From a virus (lineage: Duplodnaviria; Caudoviricetes), in IMG/VR virus record IMGVR_UViG_3300037501_000139, positions 1 to 51,501 of that record: 51,501 bases of DNA; one strand, 5' to 3'. This document shows positions 8,561 through 17,804 of this stretch, piece after piece; the stretch's first letter is position 1, and every line of letters starts with the position of its first letter. The position numbers and the translations under genes are program-made. The notes under the pieces are model-generated. The model saw only the letters and a program-made list of their open reading frames with translations, made no database searches and was not told the DNA's origin.

Positions 8561-8677
8561 TCTCCCGTCCTCGACGTACGTGTATGGAAGTACAGTCACT
8601 ATACACCATAAGGTGCGTAGGCAAAAGCCGAGTGTGGCGCAGGACAAGCCAACTGCCGTGCGTCGGGGAGCGGGGGA
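8561..8677 (+). ncRNA. Candidate multibranched structured RNA 2
   Basis: 13-bp closing stem 8568-8580/8657-8669 (extendable) enclosing short hairpins TGTA/TACA, CACC/GGTG, GGC/GCC and TGGC/GCCA; strand assumed. Confidence 0.45.
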
Positions 8678-8694
8678 GTGAAAGGGAGGGGACG

Positions 8695-8838
8695 ATGGTA
8701 ACAGTCATAGCAAAATGTATCGGATGCGGAGATAAGAGGGAAATTAAAGCCGGAGAGATTCCAGTAGGTGAACAGCCAATGTGCCAGAAATGTTTTATGC
8801 CGATGATAGTTGAGAGCGCAAAAGCAGGGAGGGAGTAA
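8695..8838 (+). CDS. Small zinc-ribbon protein
   Basis: CIGC...CQKC; SD upstream of ATG 8695. Confidence 0.6.
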   Translation: MVTVIAKCIGCGDKREIKAGEIPVGEQPMCQKCFMPMIVESAKAGRE

Positions 8839-8840
8839 CT

Positions 8841-9011
8841 ATGCCGCACGATAAGGAAACGGTGTAGAGGTTGGGGAAGGTGTTGTATGAGAATTATACG
8901 GGTTTAAAGTGGCCTTCTTTGTTCATTGGGGAGTGGGAAGAAATGGCGAGAACCGTCCTCTCCTTCCTCATCGTCGTGGACGGGGAGCCACGGGTGAAGG
9001 AGAAGGTATGA
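8841..9011 (+). pseudogene. 56-codon ORF interrupted by an in-frame TAG at codon 9
   Basis: MPHDKETV*RLGKVLYENY...KEKV; good SD; ATGA coupling to the next gene; TAG at 8865-8867. Confidence 0.5.
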
Positions 9012-9139
9012 AAAAGCGCGATGAGATGATAGCGGAGGCAAAACTAGCGTGTATGAATTTAGACATCGAGGGTTTTCGAGAGGTTGCCGACTATTGTAAT
9101 GAAATGGCGGATAGCCTTGAGAGGGAAGCGGGGGAGTGA
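9008..9139 (+). CDS. Hypothetical protein
   Basis: Short ORF in a tightly packed series. Confidence 0.5.
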   Translation: MKKRDEMIAEAKLACMNLDIEGFREVADYCNEMADSLEREAGE

Positions 9140-9321
9140 AAGGGAGGATGGCGGGTATGCGTAGGCATAGCGATGCATTAAGTAGATCTTCATTGCAGAA
9201 AGTTAATCACAGTAAATATAACAAAGTTAATCAAACACAATTTCCCAAAGACGCTAGATTGGAATATGATATTTTTCCGTCTGGTTGGCGAAAGAAAGTG
9301 CGTAAGGAGGTCAAGCCATGA
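9136..9321 (+). CDS. Hypothetical basic protein
   Basis: Overlapping stop/start with neighbours; exact start uncertain. Confidence 0.45.
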   Translation: MKGRMAGMRRHSDALSRSSLQKVNHSKYNKVNQTQFPKDARLEYDIFPSGWRKKVRKEVKP

Positions 9322-9668
9322 CACAGCCGTTAAACTTCAAGAAGGCGAGGAAGTATCTGGATGATGGAAGATGTGGCTTAGAGTACATTACTACTAATGA
9401 TATTTTAAATATCCTCAACGCCCTCGAGTCCGCGCCGGAGGAGGATAAGTGTACCTGTGGAGTTACCGCTCCCGTGCTGGCAAGTGAGGATAAGACTGGT
9501 TTTAATTATTTGCAGACAGAAAATAGTGTTCTGCGAAAGAAGATAGCGGAGCTGGAGGAATGGAAGCGCAAGGTGACGGAGGAGGCGAAGGAGCTTGGAT
9601 TCTATACGGGTACGCGTCCTTCCGTTATTGATAAGTTTATTCACAAGCTCGCACGGGGGGAGATATGA
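9318..9668 (+). CDS. Hypothetical protein with coiled coil
   Basis: AGGAGG SD; ATGA coupling. Confidence 0.55.
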   Translation: MTQPLNFKKARKYLDDGRCGLEYITTNDILNILNALESAPEEDKCTCGVTAPVLASEDKTGFNYLQTENSVLRKKIAELEEWKRKVTEEAKELGFYTGTRPSVIDKFIHKLARGEI

Positions 9669-10255
9669 AAATCAGCAAAGAATGGCTCGAAGAGAAAAAT
9701 GCGTGTAGGAGTGGGGTAGATTGGTTTTGCGCGCAGAAAGAAACTGACGGCGTTGCGGTTGTTCAGAAACTTATACAAGAAAAAAAACAACAGTGGGCAA
9801 ACTGGCTTATCGTCAGGTTGATGACACATAAACAGCAGGTGCAATACGCCGTATATGCTGCAGAGCAAGTTATCGCTATTTTTGAGAAACGATACCCAGA
9901 CGATAACCGGCCAAGAAAAGCGATTGAGGCGGCAAAAGAGTGGATAGAAAACCCAAGCGAGGAGAATAAAACCGCCGCCGCCACCGCCGCCACCGCCGCC
10001 ACCGCCGCCTACGCTGACTCCGCTGCCTACGTCGCCACCGCCGCCTACGCCGCCTTCTCCGCTGCCTCCTCTGCCGCCGCCGATGCCGCCGCCGATGCCG
10101 CCGCCGACGCCGCCGCCTCCACTGCCTCTTCTGCCGCCGCCGACGCCGCAGCCGACGCCGCTGGGGGCACATATAGAAAAATTATACAATACGGGATAAA
10201 ATTGATAGAGAGGAGAAAAAGACATAAACCAACAACCTTGGCGCACCAACAATGA
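9665..10255 (+). CDS. Ala-rich phage protein (Imm5-like DDxRPRxAIE motif)
   Basis: FEKRYPDDNRPRKAIEAAK followed by a GCC-repeat-encoded Ala tract at about 9974-10162. Confidence 0.7.
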   Translation: MKISKEWLEEKNACRSGVDWFCAQKETDGVAVVQKLIQEKKQQWANWLIVRLMTHKQQVQYAVYAAEQVIAIFEKRYPDDNRPRKAIEAAKEWIENPSEENKTAAATAATAATAAYADSAAYVATAAYAAFSAASSAAADAAADAAADAAASTASSAAADAAADAAGGTYRKIIQYGIKLIERRKRHKPTTLAHQQ

Positions 10256-10346
10256 ATTATGCCCCAGAAATTAAAACAAGAGAACTTGAGCGGTATATAA
10301 GAATTGTGTGTGAAATTGTCGATAAGTTCGCATGGGAGGAGAAAAA

Positions 10347-10556
10347 ATGAAGACGCTCGAAGATTTTATCACAGCAGCACAGATCGCAGGATCGTACATG
10401 ATCACGCTCACCACATTAGAGGGCGGGAGGCTAAACCATAATCTACTGGTCAATAATTTTCCAAATGGAGATTGCTTGCATTCACATGTGGAGATCGAGA
10501 AACTTATTGTCGAGCATCTTAAAAACAAACAAGATTCATTTCCCCTACAAGGATGA
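10347..10556 (+). CDS. Hypothetical protein
   Basis: GGAGGAG SD before the MKTLEDF start. Confidence 0.55.
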   Translation: MKTLEDFITAAQIAGSYMITLTTLEGGRLNHNLLVNNFPNGDCLHSHVEIEKLIVEHLKNKQDSFPLQG

Positions 10557-10771
10557 TCGATTTTCGTGTTGTACGTGTAAGTGTGCCGCGGAGATTCATC
10601 TTGAGGTGCATAGAGAAACACACCTTCCTTGATGCGGAGGAGATACAGAAATTGTGCACAAAACGCGAGCAAATCGAGCGCGCGCAGGACCAGCTTGCGC
10701 ACGTGATATCTGTCGTCGAGAAGTGCTTGTTGAAGGGAGGTGCGGAAGTAGAGAGGGATTTGACGAGGTAG
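10553..10771 (+). CDS. Hypothetical protein
   Basis: ATGA coupling to the upstream gene. Confidence 0.45.
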   Translation: MIDFRVVRVSVPRRFILRCIEKHTFLDAEEIQKLCTKREQIERAQDQLAHVISVVEKCLLKGGAEVERDLTR

Positions 10772-10788
10772 CGGGTTGTCAATATACT
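10760..10788 (+). promoter_or_regulatory. Sigma70-like promoter with overlapping inverted repeat; probably leaderless transcript
   Basis: TTGACG-17nt-TATACT; TTGAC...GTCAA dyad (10760-10782); ATG begins 8 nt after the -10 with no SD. Confidence 0.6.
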
Positions 10789-10795
10789 TGTAGTA

Positions 10796-12067
10796 ATGAA
10801 CGCTACTGATATTAATATACAGTATGTCGATGTTTCAGAGTTGCGGCCCGCAGAGTATAATCCGCGTAAGGCGAGCGAGAAAGAATGTCGCGATCTGAAA
10901 GCATCGATACAGCAGTACGGACTGGTGGATCCGATCATTGTGAATTCGGCCGCCGAGAGACAAGGAATTGTCATCGGAGGCCATTTTCGTTTACGGATGG
11001 CTGTGGAGCTTGGGTTCACGAAGGTCCCGGTGGTTTATCTCAATATCCCTGATTTGAAGCGCGAGCAGGAGCTGAACCTGCGGCTTAACAAAAACTCTGG
11101 CCAGTGGGATTATGACCTGCTGGCGAATTTCGATGAGGAGCTGCTTGCGGGCGCGGGGTTTTCGTCGGATGAAATGCAGCGGATATTCGATGTCGATGCA
11201 CAGGAGGATGGGTTCGATGCGCAGGAGGAGTATAATTCGATAACGGAAGCGCAGACGAAGCCCGGGGATTTGTATCAGATGGGAGCGCACCGTCTTCTGT
11301 GCGGTGATTCAACGATGATCGATCATGTGCAGCTCGTCATGAATGGCGAGATGGCGAACCTTGTGTTCACGGATCTGCCGTATAATGTGGACTATAAGTA
11401 CGCAAAGTACGAGGCGATACACAAGGCGCGTAAACGCAAGTTCATGGATGGGGGAAGGATATTCAACGACAATAAGACGCCGGAACAGTTCTACCATTTC
11501 CTGCTGGATGTGTTCACTAACGTGTACACGGTGTCGACGAAGGATATGGCCATATACGTGTGCCATGCGACGAAGACGCAGGATGAGTTCTTCGATGCGT
11601 TCAGGGGAGCGGGTTTTCACTTCTCGCAGACAATCATATGGTTGAAAGAACGGCTTATCCTCGCGCTCGGGCAGGATTACCACCAGTGTTATGAGCCGAT
11701 AATGTTCGGGTGGAAGAAGGGTGAGAATCATTACCGTAACCGGCAGATTTCAAAAGAGACCGAGGTATGGAATCTCTCGCGCATAGACTTCGAGGAACAG
11801 TTGGATTTGTGGTACATCGCGCGCGATAAGTCTTCAGAGTACGAGCATCCTACCCAGAAACCGGTGCGGTTGCCGGAACGAGCGATAAAGAAGAACTGCC
11901 CCGTGGGTGGTTTACTCTTCGAGCCGTTCGGCGGATCAGGGTCAACGATGATGGCAGCACAGCAGCTCGGGCGCCGGTGCAATTCGATAGAGCTCGATCC
12001 GAAGTATTGCGACGTAATTGTGCGTAGGTGGGAGAGGTATACCGGTGAGAAGGCGGTGAGGACTTGA
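10796..12067 (+). CDS. ParB-like domain fused to N4/N6 DNA methyltransferase (beta-class motif order)
   Basis: LRPAEYNPRK...GGHFRL ParB-like part; HRLLCGDST, FTDLPYN, HPTQKP, EPFGGSGST, ELDPKYCD. Confidence 0.92.
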   Translation: MNATDINIQYVDVSELRPAEYNPRKASEKECRDLKASIQQYGLVDPIIVNSAAERQGIVIGGHFRLRMAVELGFTKVPVVYLNIPDLKREQELNLRLNKNSGQWDYDLLANFDEELLAGAGFSSDEMQRIFDVDAQEDGFDAQEEYNSITEAQTKPGDLYQMGAHRLLCGDSTMIDHVQLVMNGEMANLVFTDLPYNVDYKYAKYEAIHKARKRKFMDGGRIFNDNKTPEQFYHFLLDVFTNVYTVSTKDMAIYVCHATKTQDEFFDAFRGAGFHFSQTIIWLKERLILALGQDYHQCYEPIMFGWKKGENHYRNRQISKETEVWNLSRIDFEEQLDLWYIARDKSSEYEHPTQKPVRLPERAIKKNCPVGGLLFEPFGGSGSTMMAAQQLGRRCNSIELDPKYCDVIVRRWERYTGEKAVRT

Positions 12068-12501
12068 TGGAATTGATGCCAGTTGTGCTTAAAAATGGGT
12101 ATTCGGAACTGGGGAAGAAGCGATATCGGCAGTTGCGCGCAATATTCAAGAGCCTAAAAATGGGGAGTGCGATTTCTCTCGCGTGCAAGGCAGCAAACAT
12201 GACACCACAGTGGTTGTGGTCATTGAGGGTAAAAAATCCAAGGCTTAACCATATTATTAAAGAATTTATTAATAGTCGTGTGCAGTTCGCCGAGGATCAG
12301 CTCTTCAAGAATGTTCTCGCGGGGAATCAGAGGGCTATAGAGTTTTATCTTTGCAACAAGTTTCCACTTGATTGGCATAATATATCTGATATAAAAAATA
12401 TAATAATGATGCAGGCACAATTGAAGAAGGAGGACTCATCGTCCGTTGAACGCTTCAAGGAGGCGCCGAGGTTCATATTCACGGCGGCTAAGGATGGATG
12501 A
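12067..12501 (+). CDS. Putative terminase small subunit
   Basis: HTH-like segment plus GNQRAIEFYLCNK; directly upstream of the large subunit. Confidence 0.65.
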   Translation: MELMPVVLKNGYSELGKKRYRQLRAIFKSLKMGSAISLACKAANMTPQWLWSLRVKNPRLNHIIKEFINSRVQFAEDQLFKNVLAGNQRAIEFYLCNKFPLDWHNISDIKNIIMMQAQLKKEDSSSVERFKEAPRFIFTAAKDG

Positions 12502-13742
12502 TAATACCAGAGTGCAAGGTGTACATGCCGGAGAAAGTGCAGCACGTGATGGCAAAGCCGTCACGGTACAAGGTCCTGCATGGCGGCCGCGGAAGCGCGA
12601 AGAGTTACTCCTTTGCGGATGCGTTAGTTACGAAGACGGCACACTTTCCGCTGCGCGTATTATGTACGCGCGAGAAGCAGAACTCAATACGGGATTCGGT
12701 GCATCGGTTATTGACAGACAGAATCAACGCGCATCGACTGGACGATTTATTCACTATCCATCGGGAGAGCATTTACTCTCAGGCGGGCGCGGAGTTCATA
12801 TTCAAGGGGTTGCATCAGAACATTTCGGACATAAAGTCCACAGAGGGGATAGACATATGCTGGGTAGAGGAAGCAGAGAAGGTCAGCGAGGATTCATGGA
12901 CGATTCTTATTCCTACCATCCGCAAGGAAGGGTCGGAGATCTGGGTCAGCTTCAACCCGGAGGACGAGCGGAGCTCGACGTACCAGCGGTTTGTTGTGCA
13001 TACGCCGCCGGACTGCAGGATCGCGGAGGTCAATTACTATGACAACGATTACTTTCCTGATGTGTTGCGCCGCGAGATGGAGTATGACAAAGCTATCGAC
13101 TTTGAGAAGTATGAGCATGTGTGGCTGGGCAAGATTAAGGCTTACGCGCAGGATTGTATCTTTAAGCGCGTGCGCGTGGAGGATTTCGAGACGCCTGTTG
13201 GTCCTGATCCCACGGTGCCGGACATTCAGTTTCTCTTTGGTGCGGACTTCGGGTTCTCTGTGGATCCTACGTGCCTTATACGGATGTTTATCAAAGATCG
13301 TAAGTTGTGGATTGACTATGAGGCGTACGGTCATGGCGTGGATATCAATGACCTGCACCAGTTTTTCGCTACAGTGCCGGAGTCTAACAAATGGAAGATC
13401 ATCGCGGACTCAGAACGGCCGGATACCATTAGTTTCCTTGCGCAGCCGCATCGCGGGCGCGATGGCGCGTGGTATGAGGGATATAATATTGTTGGAGCCG
13501 AAAAAGGCCCGGGGTCAGTCGAGGATGGCATTGAGTTCCTCAACAGTTTTGAGGAGATTGTTATCCATCCTCGATGTAAGGGCGCGATCGATAATTTCCG
13601 CAACGACAGGTGGAAGCGCGATAAGGTTACAAACGAGATACTGCCGATTCCCTTGGGGAAGAATAACCACGCTACCGATGCGTGCAGGTATGCATTGGAG
13701 CCGTACATGAAGAGGCACGTCACGATATTCGACGTGTTTTAG
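12498..13742 (+). CDS. terL: Terminase large subunit, PBSX family
   Basis: HGGRGSAKS, WVEEAE, SFNP, GADFGFSVDP, NHATDACRY. Confidence 0.95.
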   Translation: MIIPECKVYMPEKVQHVMAKPSRYKVLHGGRGSAKSYSFADALVTKTAHFPLRVLCTREKQNSIRDSVHRLLTDRINAHRLDDLFTIHRESIYSQAGAEFIFKGLHQNISDIKSTEGIDICWVEEAEKVSEDSWTILIPTIRKEGSEIWVSFNPEDERSSTYQRFVVHTPPDCRIAEVNYYDNDYFPDVLRREMEYDKAIDFEKYEHVWLGKIKAYAQDCIFKRVRVEDFETPVGPDPTVPDIQFLFGADFGFSVDPTCLIRMFIKDRKLWIDYEAYGHGVDINDLHQFFATVPESNKWKIIADSERPDTISFLAQPHRGRDGAWYEGYNIVGAEKGPGSVEDGIEFLNSFEEIVIHPRCKGAIDNFRNDRWKRDKVTNEILPIPLGKNNHATDACRYALEPYMKRHVTIFDVF

Positions 13743-13755
13743 GAGGGGTGATGCT

Positions 13756-14004
13756 ATGTTATTGGAGATGGGCACAAAGATCGGGAAGGCAAGGTATGGG
13801 AGACGTGACAATAAACTCTTTGAGATTTCGATATTAGAGGGAGATTACTCAGACAACATCGACAAGAGACTTTGGGCGGCAGGATTCCGCAACGTTGGGA
13901 CGGGTGGCGGGTCTTATGAGTATGAAATAGAAGCCAAAACAAAGGAAGAAGTGCGTGACAAGTTGAAGAGAATTGGCGTTAAAGCCGACTTATTTACCAT
14001 ATGA
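13756..14004 (+). CDS. Hypothetical protein between terL and portal
   Basis: SD present; ATGA coupling to the portal gene. Confidence 0.55.
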   Translation: MLLEMGTKIGKARYGRRDNKLFEISILEGDYSDNIDKRLWAAGFRNVGTGGGSYEYEIEAKTKEEVRDKLKRIGVKADLFTI

Positions 14005-15386
14005 AAATCTTCGGTCTCAACATTACCCGCGACAATGCCCGCCGGTTACCTGCTCGCGTCGAGAACGACACGCCGGCGAATTCGGTCCTCGCGGGAATAT
14101 TCGACGGCACGTCGTCCGGCGGCGATCCGCTGTCGCAGCCGTTCAACCTGGGGTATTCCAACGCCTACAATCCGCTCTCGCTCAACCGTATTCTGCTGTC
14201 TTACACCTACATGACGCACGGCATCATCCAGACGATGATTGACCAGCCGGTGGAGGACGCGTTCCGTGGCGGCGTGATTATTAAGTCAGACGAGCTCGAT
14301 GTTGATGATATCAACCTCCTGCAGAAGGTCATGGAGGAGTGCAAGGATATCAAGGTCGTTAAAGACGTCATGCGGTGGGCGAAGTTATTCGGCGGCGCCG
14401 GGCTCATCATCAATACTAATCAGAACCCCGAGAAGGAACTCAACCGAGACATTATTAGCGACCGTGACCCGATGTCGTTCATTGCGGCTGACAGGTGGGA
14501 GTTGACGCTTAATTACATCCTCGAAGATGAGGTTGAGTGTCCGTATAATTACTACGGCCAACGGCTGCACAAGTCGCGCGTCATTAAGATTCTGGGTAAG
14601 GAAGCGCCATCGTTCATTCGCCGCCGGTTACAGGGGTGGGGCATGTCGGAGGTGGAGCGCGTTATCCGGCCGATCACGCAGTACATCAAAGAGGACGATC
14701 TGATCTACCAGCTGCTGGATGAGGCGAAGATTGACGTGTACAAGATTGAAGGGTACAACGCATCGCTCTTGTCCGCGGCCGGTAACCAGAAGATTCGCAA
14801 TAGGTTCAATTTCGCCAACATCGCGAAGAACTACCATTCAGCGCTGGTTCTTGACAAAAACGACGAGTACGAACAGAAGCAGATTACATTCTCCGGCCTC
14901 GCGGAGATGATGAAGCAGATTCAGATGGGCGTGGCGGCTGCGGTGCGCATGCCGATAACGAAGTTGTTCGGCGTATCAGCTGCTGGGTTCAATTCTGGTG
15001 AGGACGATATCGAGAACTACAACGCTGGTGTTGAGTCGGAGGTACGCGCGAAAGCGAAAGAAATCTTGCAGCAGATAATCCCTCTGCGGTGCCAGCAGGT
15101 GTTCGGGTTCGTGCCAGACGATTTGTCGATCACGTTCAAGCCGCTGCGCATATTGAGCGCGGTGGATGAGGAAAACGTTAAGAGCGCGAAGTTTAACCGC
15201 GTGTCGGCGCTCTACGCGCAGGGGATGTTCGATGGGCAGGAGTATGATCAGGAGCTGCGAGCGCATGAGCTGATCACCACAGAGACTAAGGTCGGCAAAG
15301 GTCTGCGCGAGCCGGAGGTCCCACAGGGGTCGCTCGATATAGATATTCCGCAAAAGGTGACGAAGAAGATGACGTCAGATAAATGA
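14001..15386 (+). CDS. Portal protein (DUF1073 type)
   Basis: WAKLFGGAG, LHKSRVI, GWGMS, MPITKLFGVSAAGFNSGEDDIENY; position after terL. Confidence 0.88.
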   Translation: MKIFGLNITRDNARRLPARVENDTPANSVLAGIFDGTSSGGDPLSQPFNLGYSNAYNPLSLNRILLSYTYMTHGIIQTMIDQPVEDAFRGGVIIKSDELDVDDINLLQKVMEECKDIKVVKDVMRWAKLFGGAGLIINTNQNPEKELNRDIISDRDPMSFIAADRWELTLNYILEDEVECPYNYYGQRLHKSRVIKILGKEAPSFIRRRLQGWGMSEVERVIRPITQYIKEDDLIYQLLDEAKIDVYKIEGYNASLLSAAGNQKIRNRFNFANIAKNYHSALVLDKNDEYEQKQITFSGLAEMMKQIQMGVAAAVRMPITKLFGVSAAGFNSGEDDIENYNAGVESEVRAKAKEILQQIIPLRCQQVFGFVPDDLSITFKPLRILSAVDEENVKSAKFNRVSALYAQGMFDGQEYDQELRAHELITTETKVGKGLREPEVPQGSLDIDIPQKVTKKMTSDK

Positions 15387-16375
15387 AGACACTGCGACCG
15401 ATTCATGATTACGATAAGTATCATCAGCACATTCTGCAGGTGCTGGAGTTCGAGTTGTACTTCGACTTATTCCGTCCGCTGTTCGATATTCTCGGGTATA
15501 AGCTCGGCAAAGAAAATGAGCCGGTAGGATCCACAGAGGTTCGGTTCGGATCGCGGTGGAACAAGGTGGGCAGCGCAGTCGAGCAGGCGTTGTCTGCGGG
15601 CAAGATATCGTATGTCGATGGGTACGTGTATGGAGCGTTTAATGCGGTGATTGCGCGTGAGTTACGGTCCTTAGGCGCTTCATTCGATGCCAAGAAGAAA
15701 GCATACAAGCTGTCCTTGAGCGACATGCCGGTTGAGCTGCGCACGGCTGCAGCGCGGGGCCGCATGCGGTTAGAGGAGCAGGCGCGGGCGCTGGCGGCGA
15801 AGATAGACGAGGCATCGCAGCGGAGCTTAACGGTCGACCTCGGAAAGTACGTCAAGAACGTCACTGGGAGTTTGGAGGAGCAGTTTGTGCGCACGGTCAA
15901 GCCGAGCTTAGAGGTGCCGATGGACATGTCGCCGGGCCTCAAGAACCAGATCGAGGAAGATTACATCAACAACGTCAATCTCTACATCTCGGGATGGCGC
16001 GATGAGCAGATCGAGCGGCTGCGGTGGGCGGTGCAGGAGAATGTAAAAGAAGGATTCCGCGCGGATAAGATGGCGCGCGTGCTCGAGGCGGAGTATGGTG
16101 TAACACGAAAGCGCGCGCGGTTCATTGCGCGGCAGGAAACAAGCCTGCTGGTTTCGCGATACCGACAGTTGCGGTACACAGAGGCGGGCCTTAATGAGTA
16201 CATATGGTCGACGTCAGGCGATGAACGTGTGAGGCAGGATCATAAGGATTTAAACAAGCGGCGGTTCTCGTGGGATTCGCCGCCGGTCGTGGATAAGGCA
16301 ACGGGCCGCAGGGAACATCCGGGCTGCGATTTTGGATGTAGATGCATAGCAATTCCCGTCATGAGGACAGGGTAA
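15383..16375 (+). CDS. Head morphogenesis protein (SPP1 gp7 / Mu F family)
   Basis: RARFIARQET, YIWSTSGDERVR..H, HPGCDFGCRC. Confidence 0.9.
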   Translation: MKTLRPIHDYDKYHQHILQVLEFELYFDLFRPLFDILGYKLGKENEPVGSTEVRFGSRWNKVGSAVEQALSAGKISYVDGYVYGAFNAVIARELRSLGASFDAKKKAYKLSLSDMPVELRTAAARGRMRLEEQARALAAKIDEASQRSLTVDLGKYVKNVTGSLEEQFVRTVKPSLEVPMDMSPGLKNQIEEDYINNVNLYISGWRDEQIERLRWAVQENVKEGFRADKMARVLEAEYGVTRKRARFIARQETSLLVSRYRQLRYTEAGLNEYIWSTSGDERVRQDHKDLNKRRFSWDSPPVVDKATGRREHPGCDFGCRCIAIPVMRTG

Positions 16376-16479
16376 TGTTCGGATATATCTATAAAACAAC
16401 TCACATCGGCGATAAGAGAATTTATATCGGTCAGCGCCGAGGAGATTTGAGGGGAGCAAGGAGTAGCCCATGGACGTAA
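16375..16479 (+). pseudogene. Truncated GIY-YIG endonuclease remnant
   Basis: MFGYIYKTTHIGDKRIYIGQ, then stop after 34 aa. Confidence 0.7.
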
Positions 16480-17777
16480 TATTACGAGCGAAGTCAAATC
16501 AGGTGCGGGTGGAGAATCGACACGATACGAGCACAAAGCGGGGTTGGTGCCCATCGTGCGAAAGACAAGTCACCGCGGTGCGGAAGATGGGTCCCGGTGG
16601 CGACGAGCCCGGGTGGTATTGTGCGGAGTGTGGAGCTTCTGTCAGGCCAGGATTAGACAACGAAAAGACATGGCCCGCATCGTACACCTGCAATTTCCTC
16701 GAGGCGGGGATCGTGTCGTACGAGGACGTGGGCGCTGGCGTCGCGCTTCTCCAAAAGGAAACCATCGACACCATGCTCAACAGCTTCATCGGGAAGCCGG
16801 TGCTCATTGAGCATAAAAATGTCAGCCCGCAGAATTTCAAGAATGAGGCCGTGGGGTACGTTACGGCCGCGCGGTTCAACGAGAAGACCGGCTGGTTCGA
16901 CTGCGATTTCATCTTGATCAACGATAAGGCCAAGAAACTCGTTGAGGATGGGTATTCGGTGTCGTGCTCGTTCGACGTCAAGAATACGAAAGGTGGCGGG
17001 GAGTGGCATGCGATTCGTTACGATGAGGAGATTACGGAGGGTGAGTTTCAGCACCTCGCGTTGGTGACGTCGCCGAGGTACGAGGACTGCCGGATCATGG
17101 TTAACAGCAAAGAAGCACAAATCAAAAAAGGAGAGAAGATGAGCAAACAAAACGGATTAGACACGATGTCGCCTTTGCAAAGGGATAAGTACCTCGAGGC
17201 GCTTTCTGACTCCGGGTTGCAGGAGCTGGTCGACAACGCCGAGGAATCGGAGGAGACAAAGAAGCTGGCTGCACAGCATCAGGCGATGCGCAGGCAGCAG
17301 AAAGAGGAGGCACTCTTGGAAGGAAAATCCACACAGGATAAGAACAAGAAGAACGAGGTCATCAAGGCCGAGGAAGCGTTCGTCGTGATGAACGAGAAAG
17401 AGGTATCTATCGCGGACATCATCAAACAGAACGGCGAGCTCACCGAGGCAAACAACGCGCTCAACACGAAGGTCACCGAGCTTACCAAGCGGGTCAACGA
17501 CCTGCAGGAGATGGTGGATCCGAAGCTCAAGAACGCCAAGCCCTGCGAGAAATGCGGTGAGGTGCATGAGGGCGAGTGCAGGCCGAAAGAGAATGAAACG
17601 ATCGGCGCGAAGCCGGGCGAGGGGGAACCGAAGAAGGACAACGAGAAGAAGGACGCGAAGTATTTTGTGCGCCTCAATTCGATAAAAGAGAAGGCCGAAG
17701 ACGTTAAAGTCGCGATGGTCGATACATTGAGCAACAAGATCGACAGGGGCGCGTCCCGGTACGGGTCGGCAAAATAG
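16470..17777 (+). CDS. Prohead protease/scaffold (DUF2213-like) with N-terminal Zn ribbon
   Basis: SFIGKPVLIEH, YSVSCSF, QHLALVTSPRY; charged coiled-coil C-terminus; CPSC...CAEC. Confidence 0.8.
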   Translation: MDVILRAKSNQVRVENRHDTSTKRGWCPSCERQVTAVRKMGPGGDEPGWYCAECGASVRPGLDNEKTWPASYTCNFLEAGIVSYEDVGAGVALLQKETIDTMLNSFIGKPVLIEHKNVSPQNFKNEAVGYVTAARFNEKTGWFDCDFILINDKAKKLVEDGYSVSCSFDVKNTKGGGEWHAIRYDEEITEGEFQHLALVTSPRYEDCRIMVNSKEAQIKKGEKMSKQNGLDTMSPLQRDKYLEALSDSGLQELVDNAEESEETKKLAAQHQAMRRQQKEEALLEGKSTQDKNKKNEVIKAEEAFVVMNEKEVSIADIIKQNGELTEANNALNTKVTELTKRVNDLQEMVDPKLKNAKPCEKCGEVHEGECRPKENETIGAKPGEGEPKKDNEKKDAKYFVRLNSIKEKAEDVKVAMVDTLSNKIDRGASRYGSAK

Positions 17778-17804
17778 TCTCAATAAAAAAGGGAGGGAAC
17801 AGAA

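Larger units (their letters stand above)
8271..9147 (+). repeat. Three dispersed copies of GCGGGG(G)AGTGAAAGGGAGG
   Basis: Copies at 8271-8289, 8670-8689 and 9128-9147, each just upstream of a small gene. Confidence 0.8.

Noticed and set aside
8841-9011. Genome-wide TAG stop-codon reassignment
   Set aside because: Several clear genes (terL, protease, tail tube) end at TAG followed by the next gene, and the standard code already gives high coding density.
9641-10252. Gly-rich and Arg-rich minus-strand ORFs
   Set aside because: Antisense of the GCC Ala repeat in the plus-strand gene.
14001-15386. Anti-CBASS Acb1 label sometimes attached to DUF1073 proteins
   Set aside because: No 2H-phosphoesterase domain is evident; size and position indicate a plain portal protein.
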